A stretch of DNA of 64,000 nucleotides, from positions 107,172-171,171 of IMG/VR virus record IMGVR_UViG_650627007_000001; one strand, given 5' to 3'. Origin of the DNA: Chrysonvirus as5 (lineage: Duplodnaviria > Heunggongvirae > Uroviricota > Caudoviricetes > Straboviridae). The translations under genes were made by a program, and so were the position numbers. Of this stretch, positions 1 to 10,338 are shown piece after piece. Below the pieces are notes generated by a model, which ran no database searches, was not told where the DNA came from, and was given only the letters and a program-made list of their open reading frames with translations. Position 1 is the stretch's first letter. Every line of letters begins with the position of its first letter.

Positions 1-1085
1 ATAATCGCGTCCCAAGTCTTCAATGGACTAAATGTGTTGTTATAGTTGATCTTTGCGTAATAACTTACACTAAGAATCAGATGGAACAACGACAAACGAG
101 CATCGAGCTTGACCAACAAATCAACGTCTCGAATCAAGTAATCAATATAAGCTTGTGGATTTTTCTGACTGAAAGCCAAATAGGTCTTTTCTGTCAGTTC
201 CATTTTTCTCATACCGAGTTCAACTTGGCCGATATAATCCAACTTATATGATGGTCGAGTCTTGAACGTGAATTTCTTATAAGCTGCCATGTAATCGACA
301 CATGCAATGCCGAGCAATTCATAAGTTACGATCTCTTCGTCTTCTTCTTCGTCGGAATCTTTGTCCTTGAAAATAGTACGCTCGATGATCTGATCCCAGG
401 GACTCAGCTTGTTAGCATATACGTCGCCAAGAACTTTGCGATATCGATTAACGATGTACCGCAAGTCGAACATTTCAGAGTTCCAACCAGAGAAAACATC
501 AGGAGTATGATCGCGGAAGAATTTCAGATATTTGACCAACAGTTCCTTTTCACTGGAACAGAACACATATTCAACTCGGTCAAGCAGGTCACACGGCAAA
601 CCCTTGTGATCTTTGTCGAGCATCGACTTAGATACATCCCACGGACGAGTTGTGAACAGGTAATACTTTTTGCGTCTGGTGCTATAGTGACAGATCCCAT
701 CAATCTCCCAATCGCAAATATGCGGCTCAGGGAACGGGCCATCAGTCGGCACCTCGATATCCACAAATGCGATGTCGATCTGTTCATAGTTGAACGAAAC
801 AGGACCGCTATATGTATGATAAAGATATTGCAGAACGAAATCATCCATACCCAAAGGCTCTCGGTTGATATCGCGCATATCCTTCATCCACTTGCGACAA
901 TCGCTAATCGTGTTGAACTCGACCGCAGTTGCTCGCTTGCCGTAGATATCTTTCATTTCGCCTTGCGGGCTATGCTTATACATCGTTGGACCAAAGGTCA
1001 CTTTACGACTGCGACTAACACCCGCATCGTCGATGTATCTTTCCAGAACGGTATTGCCTTGAATAGCTATGTTGGTGTAAAACAA
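1..1085 (-). CDS. 43: DNA polymerase gp43, N-terminal ~360 aa (gene continues past window start)
   Basis: Minus-strand translation gives FYTNIAIQGNTVLERYIDDAG...GPTMYKH...FSPLKTWDAI, matching T4/RB69 gp43 N-term and exonuclease region. ORF is open to position 1. First in-frame start after a TGA is TTG at 1085, with AAGAGG 8 nt upstream. Confidence 0.85.
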   Translation of the reverse strand, partial: MFYTNIAIQGNTVLERYIDDAGVSRSRKVTFGPTMYKHSPQGEMKDIYGKRATAVEFNTISDCRKWMKDMRDINREPLGMDDFVLQYLYHTYSGPVSFNYEQIDIAFVDIEVPTDGPFPEPHICDWEIDGICHYSTRRKKYYLFTTRPWDVSKSMLDKDHKGLPCDLLDRVEYVFCSSEKELLVKYLKFFRDHTPDVFSGWNSEMFDLRYIVNRYRKVLGDVYANKLSPWDQIIERTIFKDKDSDEEEDEEIVTYELLGIACVDYMAAYKKFTFKTRPSYKLDYIGQVELGMRKMELTEKTYLAFSQKNPQAYIDYLIRDVDLLVKLDARLSLFHLILSVSYYAKINYNNTFSPLKTWDAI

Positions 1086-1216
1086 ACTTCTTACCTCTTG
1101 TCAGTGCGCCTTTCAGGGGTCGCATCTTGAGTAAAACATCCATAATATGCCTCTCACAAATTGAAAGCTGATTATAGATGTGCCCTCGGTTGTTGTCAAC
1201 TAAGGGCACAGAAGAA

Positions 1217-1585
1217 TTACATACCGAACTTATACTTGTGAATCAGTGTCCAGTTGTGCTTGTCTTTGTGAGAGATAACTCGGAAGAAGTTATTGCCAGG
1301 GGCAACTTGATCACTGACGATTTCACACATATTCCATTCTTGCAACAGAGTAGCGATGTCGTTACGACGGTCGATATCTTCTTGACCGATCTCTACCTGA
1401 CGGCCATCGAGTTGGAGCAGTTCCTTGAAGTGAACGATGTAATACTTGCCTTGCTTTTGCAGAATGTGGCAGCTTTGATACAGCTTCTTTGCCACGTTGT
1501 TAGCGATACCGATACGGGTCAGAGTCTCGCGGATTTTCAGAAAATCATCATCAGTTTTCAGTTTAATTTGCAGCATCATTTTCAA
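1217..1585 (-). CDS. regA: translational repressor RegA
   Basis: 122 aa, same length and position (between genes 62 and 43) as T4 RegA. Confidence 0.8.
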   Translation of the reverse strand: MKMMLQIKLKTDDDFLKIRETLTRIGIANNVAKKLYQSCHILQKQGKYYIVHFKELLQLDGRQVEIGQEDIDRRNDIATLLQEWNMCEIVSDQVAPGNNFFRVISHKDKHNWTLIHKYKFGM

Positions 1586-1591
1586 TATTCC

Positions 1592-2173
1592 TTACCATGA
1601 ACGAATTGCGCGTTGAATCTTTTCACGCTCAGTTTTTGTTGGGATCATAGTCAAGCACGGTGCGTTGACATCAATTACAGTCGGAGAAAACATTTTCTTT
1701 AGCCGACCGATTTGTTCTTCCGTAAAGCCCGCGATGTATTCACGCGCTCTCGAAATGGAAACTTCGTAATACTCAGAAACAAGATATTCGAATGCACGAA
1801 GTTCCCAGTCGCCAGTTATCTTGGCGAATTTTACCTTTGGTAGACTGCATTGTCGGATCGTGAAATACATATAATCATAATGCATTTGATCTGAAATAAA
1901 GCCTTCCATACTGTTAAGCTCGGAAGCATAACCACTCATTGTAACGTGCTGTGATAGCGCGTTATTGATCATATGTTGATCGTAATCGCTGAAACGTTCA
2001 ACAGTGCCGTGGCCTAGCTTCTTGGTAACGTTATCGATAATCACGAACAAGCTTTGCTCGGCAGGAACTTTAAACTGCTTGCTCAATTCTTTAACAGCGT
2101 CCCAATCTCTGGAACGCCATGCGATTTCGTGTTCGTTTAGATCTTCTTCATCAAGAAACGCGGCTAAGCTCAT
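1592..2173 (-). CDS. 62: clamp loader small subunit gp62
   Basis: 193 aa; syntenic with T4 gene 62, immediately downstream of gene 44 with ATGA overlap. Confidence 0.8.
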   Translation of the reverse strand: MSLAAFLDEEDLNEHEIAWRSRDWDAVKELSKQFKVPAEQSLFVIIDNVTKKLGHGTVERFSDYDQHMINNALSQHVTMSGYASELNSMEGFISDQMHYDYMYFTIRQCSLPKVKFAKITGDWELRAFEYLVSEYYEVSISRAREYIAGFTEEQIGRLKKMFSPTVIDVNAPCLTMIPTKTEREKIQRAIRSW

Positions 2174-3142
2174 TTACTTCCACTCCATTTCCATGCTCAA
2201 ATCAGCAAGCAGATCGAACAGATGGATTTCCATATTCGGGATATCGTTCGCGAACTTCTGATTTTCAGCGATATATTTGATCATCATGCGAATACTTGTC
2301 GGCTTGATTTCCAAGAACAGACGTTCATACAGCTTTGTGATAAAGCTATCATAATCGACGGTAAACTTCGGAACAAGTGCGCGAATATCACCAAGCTTTT
2401 TATTCTTGAGCATGGTAACAACGTCATTCATGTCCTCGACTGCTTGAGTCGCTTTAGTCAAAACGCCTTCATCGATCTTACCAGATTTTGCATAACTATC
2501 TAAGGTTGTGATTGTACCGCGAACATCAGGAAAATTCTGTTTAACCAATGCGGCGATAGCTTTACGAGATTCTACAACAACGCCTTCCATTTCGCAAATC
2601 TTTTCGCATCGAACGATCATTTCTTTCATCATTCGAATTTTGTCATTTGCAGTCGGATTACCGAACTCAACTTGACGGAATCGAGATTTCAGAGGAGCCG
2701 GAATCGCTTCAACGTTGTTACATGTCATGATCACAGAGCAGTTAGAGCTAAACGCTTCCATCCAAGAACGGAGTTCTTCATGAACAGCTTTCATACCCTT
2801 GTTATCACCTTCGTCGATGATGATAACTTTGCCACCCGGCTTGCTTGTCATGGTAGAAGCGAAGTTGGTCAGATCATTACGCAAATCGTCAATGCGCAGT
2901 TTGCCACCGGAGATAAACATAACTTCGGCGTCGATCTCGTTACACAGAACACGTGCCATGGTAGTTTTACCAGTGCCCGGACTCTTGGAGAAGAGGAGAA
3001 TATGAGGAATTCGACCACTCGCAACAATGCCACGAAAACGTTCGGCATCAGCGTCTGGAAGAATACATTCGGAGATAAGTGCGGGACGATATTTTTGTTC
3101 CCACATGAATTCTTTTGGATCAGATACAGTTACAACAGTCAT
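2174..3142 (-). CDS. 44: clamp loader AAA+ ATPase subunit gp44
   Basis: Walker A SPGTGKTT; EQKYRP..ECILP N-terminus as in T4 gp44; start trimmed to MTVVTVSD (ATG 3142). Confidence 0.9.
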   Translation of the reverse strand: MTVVTVSDPKEFMWEQKYRPALISECILPDADAERFRGIVASGRIPHILLFSKSPGTGKTTMARVLCNEIDAEVMFISGGKLRIDDLRNDLTNFASTMTSKPGGKVIIIDEGDNKGMKAVHEELRSWMEAFSSNCSVIMTCNNVEAIPAPLKSRFRQVEFGNPTANDKIRMMKEMIVRCEKICEMEGVVVESRKAIAALVKQNFPDVRGTITTLDSYAKSGKIDEGVLTKATQAVEDMNDVVTMLKNKKLGDIRALVPKFTVDYDSFITKLYERLFLEIKPTSIRMMIKYIAENQKFANDIPNMEIHLFDLLADLSMEMEWK

Positions 3143-3206
3143 TTTATGTCTCTCAGTGCATGGGTAAAACAGTTTAGAATATCTTGTATTATAAACTATT
3201 CTAAGT

Positions 3207-3225
3207 GGGGAGGTCAAGCCTCCCC
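3207..3225 (-). promoter_or_regulatory. intergenic stem-loop between genes 45 and 44 (not U-tailed; attenuator/processing/RegA-region structure?)
   Basis: ggggagg-tcaag-cctcccc perfect 7-bp stem. Confidence 0.4.
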
Positions 3226-3233
3226 GAACTCAT

Positions 3234-3908
3234 TTAAACAGCGTATTTGGACTTGGCGTCGAGTGCAATCACGTAATTGGAAGTGCCTTCGAAACGAATT
3301 GCGCCTTCTTTAGCGATCATCACTTTGTATTTGCCATCGATCATCTTGAGATTACCGATAGACACGATAAAATCAAAGTTAGCATCGGCACCTTCGTAGT
3401 CGTCAGCAATAGCAATCTCGAAGGTGTTGCTGTTGGTCTCGCCACCAGTCAGTCGAGCCAGGATCTTGCGACCGTCGTTGACAAAGTGCAGATCTACCAG
3501 GGACATAGTAGAAGCAGACTTGCCGATTTGCTTAATCTGGTCTTCGGTCAGTTCGAACACAACAGAAGCAGTCGGGAAAGTGATTGCTTTCTTCGGATGG
3601 GTAATGGTACCCGCTTCTGCCATCTTGATTTTAGCCATCGCACGACCACCGGAAGCATTTTTCACGACGATATATTCACCATCTTCGGTAACTTGTGCAG
3701 GCAGACCCACCATCATTGCGACACCCAGAAACTCGCCCAGACTGTAGATTCGCAGCTCGCTATCAATCTGATCCTTGATGGTGCTTTCAGCATACAGAAC
3801 GTTATTCACGCTCTTGGTGTTGATGAAAGTACCCGGTTTCAGAACAACGGACGGGTTGATTTTTGCGAAGTTGGACAGGATTTCTACGGTTTCTTTACTC
3901 AGTTGCAT
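3234..3908 (-). CDS. 45: sliding clamp gp45
   Basis: 224 aa; MQLSKET..FAKIN N-terminus and FEG..NYV.ALDA C-terminus match T4 gp45. Confidence 0.9.
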   Translation of the reverse strand: MQLSKETVEILSNFAKINPSVVLKPGTFINTKSVNNVLYAESTIKDQIDSELRIYSLGEFLGVAMMVGLPAQVTEDGEYIVVKNASGGRAMAKIKMAEAGTITHPKKAITFPTASVVFELTEDQIKQIGKSASTMSLVDLHFVNDGRKILARLTGGETNSNTFEIAIADDYEGADANFDFIVSIGNLKMIDGKYKVMIAKEGAIRFEGTSNYVIALDAKSKYAV

Positions 3909-3940
3909 TTTAATTCCTCAGTTCATTACAGGTCTTTAGT

Positions 3941-4273
3941 TTAAGCGGCTTTCCACTCGGAGTAAACAACGGCAGCGGCATCAGCGAAAAACTCGGTGAA
4001 ATCACGCTTGCAGTTCAGATTCTCTTTGCGGAAGTTTTCGGACAGACGCATAGCGTTATCGATTACGTCCTGGTCAAATTCTTTATACAGATCAAAACGA
4101 ACATCACGCTCCAGACATTGCAGACGATCACGATCAGCTTGGCTCATGAGTGCAGTCCAAGACTTGCGGGCCAGGTTCTGATAGAAGTAAGCAGCGGAGG
4201 CAGTTTTCAGAGTCACGTCGGTCATTTTGTAAATCCTATTAAGTATGTAAGATATCGTTTCAATCCGAGACAC
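3941..4273 (-). CDS. rpbA: RpbA-like RNA polymerase binding protein (called by position)
   Basis: 110-aa ORF located between gene 45 and gene 46 as T4 rpbA. Confidence 0.4.
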   Translation of the reverse strand: MSRIETISYILNRIYKMTDVTLKTASAAYFYQNLARKSWTALMSQADRDRLQCLERDVRFDLYKEFDQDVIDNAMRLSENFRKENLNCKRDFTEFFADAAAVVYSEWKAA

Positions 4274-4379
4274 AAACGCTTGTTGTCTCTAGTGTTGGTC
4301 ATTATACACTGCTTTAGCCATAAGTAAAGAACTATTATCAAAATGATTGGCGAAAGCAGTGTGAGGATTATTCGGTCAG

Positions 4380-4556
4380 TCATTCTTTCCAAGCTATCCA
4401 ATAAGGATCGAAATTGTTGATGATCCTAGTTAGACGTTCTTCTCCGAATGTGGCTACCAGTTGTTGATAGGTAGTCTTGACTTCATGCTCCATTTGCTTG
4501 TTTGATAGTATCCAGAATTCCACATCTAGATACACATCGGCTATGTTTTCGAACAT
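4380..4556 (-). CDS. hypothetical protein (58 aa)
   Basis: ORF starts right after gene 46 stop; 45.2/46.1-like position. Confidence 0.35.
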   Translation of the reverse strand: MFENIADVYLDVEFWILSNKQMEHEVKTTYQQLVATFGEERLTRIINNFDPYWIAWKE

Positions 4557-4557
4557 T

Positions 4558-6867
4558 TTAAACCATCGTAGTAAAGCGACCTTGCTTTTGCATACGAATG
4601 TGGCGATCAAAGCTGTCGTCCATCGCGTCTTTGCGGTGTGAGATAACGATGATATTGGACTTCATGTCATTGAGCATTTTGTTAATGCCTACAATGCCAG
4701 CTTCATCACAACTACCGTCGAACACTTCATCCATGCAAAGCAAGTTGATATTAACACCACTGATCATACTGCTAACGTCACGCCATGTAAACAACAAACT
4801 GAGATTAATTCGCGCTTTCTCACCTTCTGAGAAGGAAGCATAACAGAACTCCTCACGACCTCTTGACTTGATTGATTCATTGAATCCTTCGTCCAACGCG
4901 AACACATAGTCGGCGCCCAACGATTTCAAGTAGTCGTTGATTTTCTTGTTGAAAACTGGAATATACCGTTTGACAATATGGGCCTTTACGCCGTTGTCTT
5001 TCAACATATCAGCTACAATTGAACGTCTGTGCAACTCAAGAACAATGTCGGCTATGCCAGACTTGATCTCTTCGATGCGACTTTCAATCTCTTCAAGCTT
5101 GGAAGTATCATACTCGGTAGCGTTCAACTCGTCAATCTGTTTTTTCAAATCTTTTGCACGATTTGCCGCTTCTTCATACGTTTCCATGTTGGTCTTGACA
5201 TTCATAGCCAACATTTCAAGATTAGCACGATGTGCCGCTAGTGTCGAGCTGAAATTTGATTTCAGTTCAGCGATCTTGGCATCCCGTTCGTCTCCAATGC
5301 TATCAATCCGACGTTGGAGTGCGTCCTTAGCTTTCTCGTATGTAGTCTCGATGTGTCGTTTCTTTTCGTATAGACCGTTAAGGCGCTCGTTATACGACAC
5401 TTTCTGGCGCTCATGATTGAGCGTCATTTCCGAGATCTGCTTGTCTATGAATGCAATCGCCGCGTGGTGATTTTCACTCAAATTCCGACATTGTTGCGCA
5501 TATCTCGCGGTAGCTCGCTCATACTCCCGTTCGGCTTCTCGATTCTGTTCAATGATCTGATTATACGCCGCAAGTTCTCGCTTATAGTTCAGCTCATAGG
5601 AAGTTAACCGAGATGTTTCATCAGAGATAACAGCCAGCTCGGCTTCCAGTTTCTCGATGTCAGAATCAAGTTCCTCGATGCTATGATCTGCATGAGACGA
5701 ACAATCAGTACCGCAAGTAGGACACGCGCCACCTTTCTCGAAGAACTTTTTACGTTCTTGAAGTGCAGATATTTTACCGCGAATATCCCAAGCAGTATTG
5801 TCCAACTTGAACTTCTCGTTGGTATAATCAACTGCAACCGGCTCGGCGACGTCTTGAATAACAAGTTCATCAGGAATAGGCACCAGTGCAGTTGCAGCGC
5901 GAAGATCGTCCTCAGTTGGCTTAGATTTCTCCAGCTCACCGACATCGTGATCCAAAGCACAATCGAACGGTTGATCCATTTGGAGACAAGCAATATCCGA
6001 ATTGATATCCGCGATGTCGTTGTTTCGCTGCTCACTCAGAGTCGCAAGTTGTTCAATAAGAGCCTGCGGCTGATATTTCGCAATTATTTCTCGTTCGGCA
6101 GTTTCGTCATACACGGGTTCAACTGCGTTGTCAATCTTCTCCTGATTTATATTCGCCAAATCTTTCGATGTTTTAGCGCGATCAATATCAGAACGGAAAT
6201 TAGTCACCAAAACGTTGACAAGCATCCCGGTTTGTTTCTTCTGTGCTTCGATAGCAGATTCAGCAGTTGCGCGTTCGCTTTCGGCAGAGGCAAGCATGGC
6301 TTTATTTTGATCCTGTTGCCCTTTCAGCTCTTTGATCAAAGCTTTGTTTTGCTTATCCATTTCGCCGATAACAGAGACATCAAGCAGATCCTCAACGAGT
6401 TCGCGACGCTTACCAGCAGGCAGTTCCATGAATGGCTTATAGCCAGCCGTGCCAAGAACGATGATCTGTTTAAAGCTGTCGTAACTGATACCCAGTAATT
6501 TCTCTTCGAAATATGCTTGGTACTCGGTCGCGCTCGCAACTTCTTTCAGTTCTTCACCGTTCTTAGTGATTTTCAACACATTAGGCTTGATGCCTCGAAC
6601 GATGTGGAACTTGTCTTTACCGACTGAAATCTCACCCTCAACGTGCAGTCCCTTTTTGTTGTGACTGTTTACAAGTAAGGGCTTAGGGACATCGCGAAAC
6701 GCTTTGCCATAAAGCATGAATGTAATCGCTTCGATGAAGGTAGATTTACCAGCACCGTTAGTACCTGTTACCAGTGTTTTCTTGTGATGATCGAGTTCGA
6801 TGCGGATGGGCTTTGCGCCCACCGACATAATATTTTTGTACTCGACCCAGTGGAATAAAATGTCCAT
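4558..6867 (-). CDS. 46: recombination endonuclease subunit gp46 (Rad50/SbcC-like)
   Basis: N-term YKNIMSVG..TGTNGAGKST Walker A, long coiled coil with CPTCG zinc hook, C-term SEGEKARI..DEVFDG signature/Walker B. Confidence 0.9.
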   Translation of the reverse strand: MDILFHWVEYKNIMSVGAKPIRIELDHHKKTLVTGTNGAGKSTFIEAITFMLYGKAFRDVPKPLLVNSHNKKGLHVEGEISVGKDKFHIVRGIKPNVLKITKNGEELKEVASATEYQAYFEEKLLGISYDSFKQIIVLGTAGYKPFMELPAGKRRELVEDLLDVSVIGEMDKQNKALIKELKGQQDQNKAMLASAESERATAESAIEAQKKQTGMLVNVLVTNFRSDIDRAKTSKDLANINQEKIDNAVEPVYDETAEREIIAKYQPQALIEQLATLSEQRNNDIADINSDIACLQMDQPFDCALDHDVGELEKSKPTEDDLRAATALVPIPDELVIQDVAEPVAVDYTNEKFKLDNTAWDIRGKISALQERKKFFEKGGACPTCGTDCSSHADHSIEELDSDIEKLEAELAVISDETSRLTSYELNYKRELAAYNQIIEQNREAEREYERATARYAQQCRNLSENHHAAIAFIDKQISEMTLNHERQKVSYNERLNGLYEKKRHIETTYEKAKDALQRRIDSIGDERDAKIAELKSNFSSTLAAHRANLEMLAMNVKTNMETYEEAANRAKDLKKQIDELNATEYDTSKLEEIESRIEEIKSGIADIVLELHRRSIVADMLKDNGVKAHIVKRYIPVFNKKINDYLKSLGADYVFALDEGFNESIKSRGREEFCYASFSEGEKARINLSLLFTWRDVSSMISGVNINLLCMDEVFDGSCDEAGIVGINKMLNDMKSNIIVISHRKDAMDDSFDRHIRMQKQGRFTTMV

Positions 6868-7895
6868 TATTCTCCTTTGCTATGAACAGCATTGGCATAA
6901 AGTTCTTGAATGTAGCGATCAACGGCTTTCTTGTCGTCTTCATCTACAGCCAACCCCTGGATGTAATCTTTCATTTGCTCAATTACTTTCTTCGTCTCGG
7001 TGATGTCTTCAACATCAGACGCAAAAGTATACATCTGCTTCGGTCGGAACTCAAAGCATATATTCTCCAATTGAGCCATAACAGCGTCCAACTTATCGTC
7101 GAACTCATAGATCACCAATTCTACGACCTTGTCCTTGCATTTGTCAATAGCTTTGATGTCGAAATCTTTGCGATAATCAACTCGAATATGCCACATGTCG
7201 GGATTCGCGACAAACTCAATTGTCTTTGTATCTGTGTCGAACACCCAGAAGCCACGAATCTCATTACTGTCACCCATAGTCAGAGTGTACGGAGTGCCGA
7301 GATAATGGATGTTTGCTTTCTTACTGGAAGTATGATAGTGACCGCTATATACTTGCTTGTAGCGATTCAGGAACTCCATACTCTCGCCAGTTGACGGAAT
7401 GCCCTTGTAGAACTCAAACCCATCAAGTTCCCAGTGTCCAACGCAATAGTCAGAGTTTGTTTCGGCCGCATATTTTTCAATGGCAGCCTCGTTTTCGTCA
7501 CACTTCCACGGAAACAGATCCCACAAAGTATCAGCGAAACCGATTGTTGTGGGCGTTTCGATAACGTGAAATTTTTCAATACCATGAAACACTTCGTTAA
7601 CACTGTTTGGACTGATTTTATCCTTAACGTGCATATCGTGGTTGCCCACAATGACATAGATGTCATCGAATGCATCTTGATAGATGGGAGTCAGTTGCTC
7701 ACGCTGAAATTTCAACGTCTCTTGGCTTAGACCAGAACGAACGTCGAACCAGTCACCAGTTTGAATCATGTGTCGGATACCATGCTGCTTTGCATAGTTA
7801 CACAGAAAGATAGATCCACGCAAGATCGCGTTTGTCATATAAGCACTGTCTTTCTGGGTCCCGACGTGCTTATCACCTTCAATGATAATCTTCAT
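6867..7895 (-). CDS. 47: recombination endonuclease subunit gp47 (Mre11/SbcD-like)
   Basis: MKIIIEGDKHVG..GDWFDVR..GNHDMH..GHWELDGF phosphoesterase motifs as T4 gp47; start trimmed to MKIII. Confidence 0.85.
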   Translation of the reverse strand: MKIIIEGDKHVGTQKDSAYMTNAILRGSIFLCNYAKQHGIRHMIQTGDWFDVRSGLSQETLKFQREQLTPIYQDAFDDIYVIVGNHDMHVKDKISPNSVNEVFHGIEKFHVIETPTTIGFADTLWDLFPWKCDENEAAIEKYAAETNSDYCVGHWELDGFEFYKGIPSTGESMEFLNRYKQVYSGHYHTSSKKANIHYLGTPYTLTMGDSNEIRGFWVFDTDTKTIEFVANPDMWHIRVDYRKDFDIKAIDKCKDKVVELVIYEFDDKLDAVMAQLENICFEFRPKQMYTFASDVEDITETKKVIEQMKDYIQGLAVDEDDKKAVDRYIQELYANAVHSKGE

Positions 7896-8075
7896 ATCGT
7901 TTCCTTTGTTGAATGATATCGACATACTACACGATCAAAAACGGTTTGTAAACTGGTGCTTGCACTTCGAGCGTAGCGAGATAAAACAAAATCTCTTATA
8001 GATCTTAATGACAATCTATTTTATCTTCTTGTTATAAATCAGCGACTTACGTCGCAGTGCAAGCACTATCACAAA

Positions 8076-8098
8076 TGAAAAAGGCTCCCGAAGGAGCC
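8076..8098 (-). terminator. rho-independent terminator (minus strand)
   Basis: ggctcc-cgaa-ggagcc hairpin followed on the minus strand by TTTTTC. Confidence 0.6.
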
Positions 8099-8104
8099 TT
8101 GTTA

Positions 8105-9799
8105 TTAAGCAAGTTCTAATCTATGTGGTAGATATTGCACAATAGGTGAGCCGCTAAGACATATGTTATTGGATTGTGTTGCTGTTCCTGTGCCAATAAA
8201 TGAAGTAGCACTATAAACTGGAATGACACCACCACCTCCGGGAAATGCCCAAGCTGAACCGTTCCAAAACGCAAGTCCAACCATTAATGATGGTATTTCT
8301 CTTTGTGCGGAAGTATCCCAATATTTCATAGGACATACTGTGATCCAATGAATGTTATTTGCGTTGTCTCTACCTAAGCAAAGCTTAAAGTATTCGGTTG
8401 CACTTCCGGTTGGTGCTGGGGTTGTTCCCGATCCGGAAGTTAATGTTGGGTCAACGTCTGATAATGCCATACCGTTAATAGCGTTTCCGCCAAATCTACC
8501 CGCATTCATCATAGCTGGAACTGTGTTCATAACTCGACCAGCTTCACCCAACAGACCATCGAATGTATTATCGTTGTCTATTGTGCCGCACAGATATGTA
8601 TTAAATTTCTGATACAAATACCATGCTCTAGCCTGTTTCTCTGCCGCTGATTCACCAACTTTAAGAGCCACTGCCATTGAGGACAAATCGCCTATAAACG
8701 TCGCAAAATACCAGTCTGTTAGATGTTTACTAACATCATAATTAGGGTTAATAACGTCGCGAGTCCAATAGTTCTTTGGATCATTCGGACTAACCACTAT
8801 TTCTGATGTAGTTACTTTGGAGCTACCCAACTGTTTGACAATCGCATAACTAGAACCAAGTGATGGGTCATCCGCATAAATTGTATGACTACCACCAGTA
8901 TCGTATGTTACTCTAACTTTTACGTCCATATCAACGGAAGGGGTAATAACAGTTCTTGCTATGTTTTGTGGTGCAAAGTTTTCGGTTGATGGTGCAGCAA
9001 CTTTAGCACCAATTGTTCCTGATAATCTGACGTTATTGACATCATGCCAAGCATATGCAAAACGACCAGAACCGCCTATATTAGTGAATACATCGGCCAA
9101 TAGTTCATATGTTTTATTTGCTTTTAAGCGGAATACTCCGTTGTTATTAACTACTTCGCCAATAGAAACTACATTTGAGTTAAATGGCAGATCGTATTGT
9201 GTACTTGTACCAGCACCAGTTAAATTAGTTGAAAGTTTTGCCATCAAATAATCGACTCGATCACCCTGTAAAATAACAGTGTTTCTAGCGTCGATGATTT
9301 CATCGCCTGAAATTTCTTCAACTAGAATATAACTATCACCAGCATCACTTGTTGTATCCAATCCGCCACGAATGTTATGCGAATTACCGGCATAGATACA
9401 ACGCATTTGAATGTCGGTTTGTACTGTTGTGTCAATAAACACAATACCAGTTCCGTTAGGCCCATAACCAGATGTACCAGTTGAGTTACCCTGCCAATGC
9501 GATGCATATGATTGGTTGGGTTGCCACGATGCGGTTGTTACGTTAAAAATACCGTATCTAACCCAGTTACCGGATGTAACACTAGCGGGTTCCATCTTGA
9601 ACGTAATTTTATACGTGCGTTTTTCTCTGAGTGTTATTGTGGCTCCATTACGAGTAATGTTATCACCAACAACTTTATTTGTGGTATCCAACGACCATAC
9701 GCTATTTGTAGTCATACCGGTTTGTTCTGAGTTTCTTGTTGCCAACATCATTGAACGTTGTGTTGTAGAACCACCCGCAGTTGTCTTTAATTTTTCCAA
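8105..9799 (-). CDS. fiber/adhesin-like protein, segment C (564 aa; frame-shifted continuation of segment B?)
   Basis: Gly/Ser/Thr/Asn-rich, beta-rich composition. Listed start is TTG; first ATG is 17 codons in, with no RBS. Overlaps segment B by 13 nt in the -1 frame. Confidence 0.5.
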   Translation of the reverse strand: MEKLKTTAGGSTTQRSMMLATRNSEQTGMTTNSVWSLDTTNKVVGDNITRNGATITLREKRTYKITFKMEPASVTSGNWVRYGIFNVTTASWQPNQSYASHWQGNSTGTSGYGPNGTGIVFIDTTVQTDIQMRCIYAGNSHNIRGGLDTTSDAGDSYILVEEISGDEIIDARNTVILQGDRVDYLMAKLSTNLTGAGTSTQYDLPFNSNVVSIGEVVNNNGVFRLKANKTYELLADVFTNIGGSGRFAYAWHDVNNVRLSGTIGAKVAAPSTENFAPQNIARTVITPSVDMDVKVRVTYDTGGSHTIYADDPSLGSSYAIVKQLGSSKVTTSEIVVSPNDPKNYWTRDVINPNYDVSKHLTDWYFATFIGDLSSMAVALKVGESAAEKQARAWYLYQKFNTYLCGTIDNDNTFDGLLGEAGRVMNTVPAMMNAGRFGGNAINGMALSDVDPTLTSGSGTTPAPTGSATEYFKLCLGRDNANNIHWITVCPMKYWDTSAQREIPSLMVGLAFWNGSAWAFPGGGGVIPVYSATSFIGTGTATQSNNICLSGSPIVQYLPHRLELA

Positions 9800-10323
9800 T
9801 ACAAATTGGTAGCGTCATATTCATACACATTTTTCGAAACTGTGGTTGTAAATGTCTGAGCATTTGTCGGCGATGTCGGGAACGTAATTGTTTCCTTGAT
9901 ACCATCAAATTGCGCATAGCTATTATCATTGCGATGTAACATCATCAGTTTTAATTCTGTGTCGTAATATTCTTTTGGTGCATTAACTGGCTTGACATAA
10001 GAATTTGTTTGACGGCCCGATTTATTCATCAATGTCGTTGTTGTGTCATTAATGCGTACCCATTCTTGTCCGGCGTTGAAAATACTACCAGGACTAACTG
10101 CTTTTATACATACCCACACGTTTTCGGATAGACCGTAAATTACCAACGATCCGGTCGCATACGCCTTTGAGATTTCAAATCCATGAATAACAGTATCGTC
10201 GGTCTTTGTCATGTAATCGATTAAAGCATAAGCGGGGTGCCGCCAATAAACGGAATCCAAATCGAACGATCTAATTTGATTGGAGTTGCTGCATTCAATG
10301 ATTGTGTTGTATTTGAAACACAC
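9787..10323 (-). CDS. fiber/adhesin-like protein, segment B (178 aa)
   Basis: Same reading frame as segment A, separated only by a TGA and 5 codons. Listed start is GTG; no RBS. Confidence 0.45.
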   Translation of the reverse strand: MCFKYNTIIECSNSNQIRSFDLDSVYWRHPAYALIDYMTKTDDTVIHGFEISKAYATGSLVIYGLSENVWVCIKAVSPGSIFNAGQEWVRINDTTTTLMNKSGRQTNSYVKPVNAPKEYYDTELKLMMLHRNDNSYAQFDGIKETITFPTSPTNAQTFTTTVSKNVYEYDATNLYWKN

Positions 10324-10338
10324 ATATACAATGTCATG

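Noticed and set aside
1015-1209. 64-aa minus ORF (GTG start) overlapping the gp43 N-terminus and initial suspicion that gp43 is frame-disrupted
   Set aside because: gp43 is simply absent from the ORF track because it has no stop inside the window. Manual translation shows a continuous gp43 frame from 1085 down to position 1. The 64-aa ORF is an alternate-frame artefact.
7926-8075. Expected T4 genes a-gt/47.1 between gene 47 and gene 55
   Set aside because: No alpha-glucosyltransferase-like ORF is present. The interval instead holds the terminator-bounded fiber-like insert, so no a-gt was annotated.
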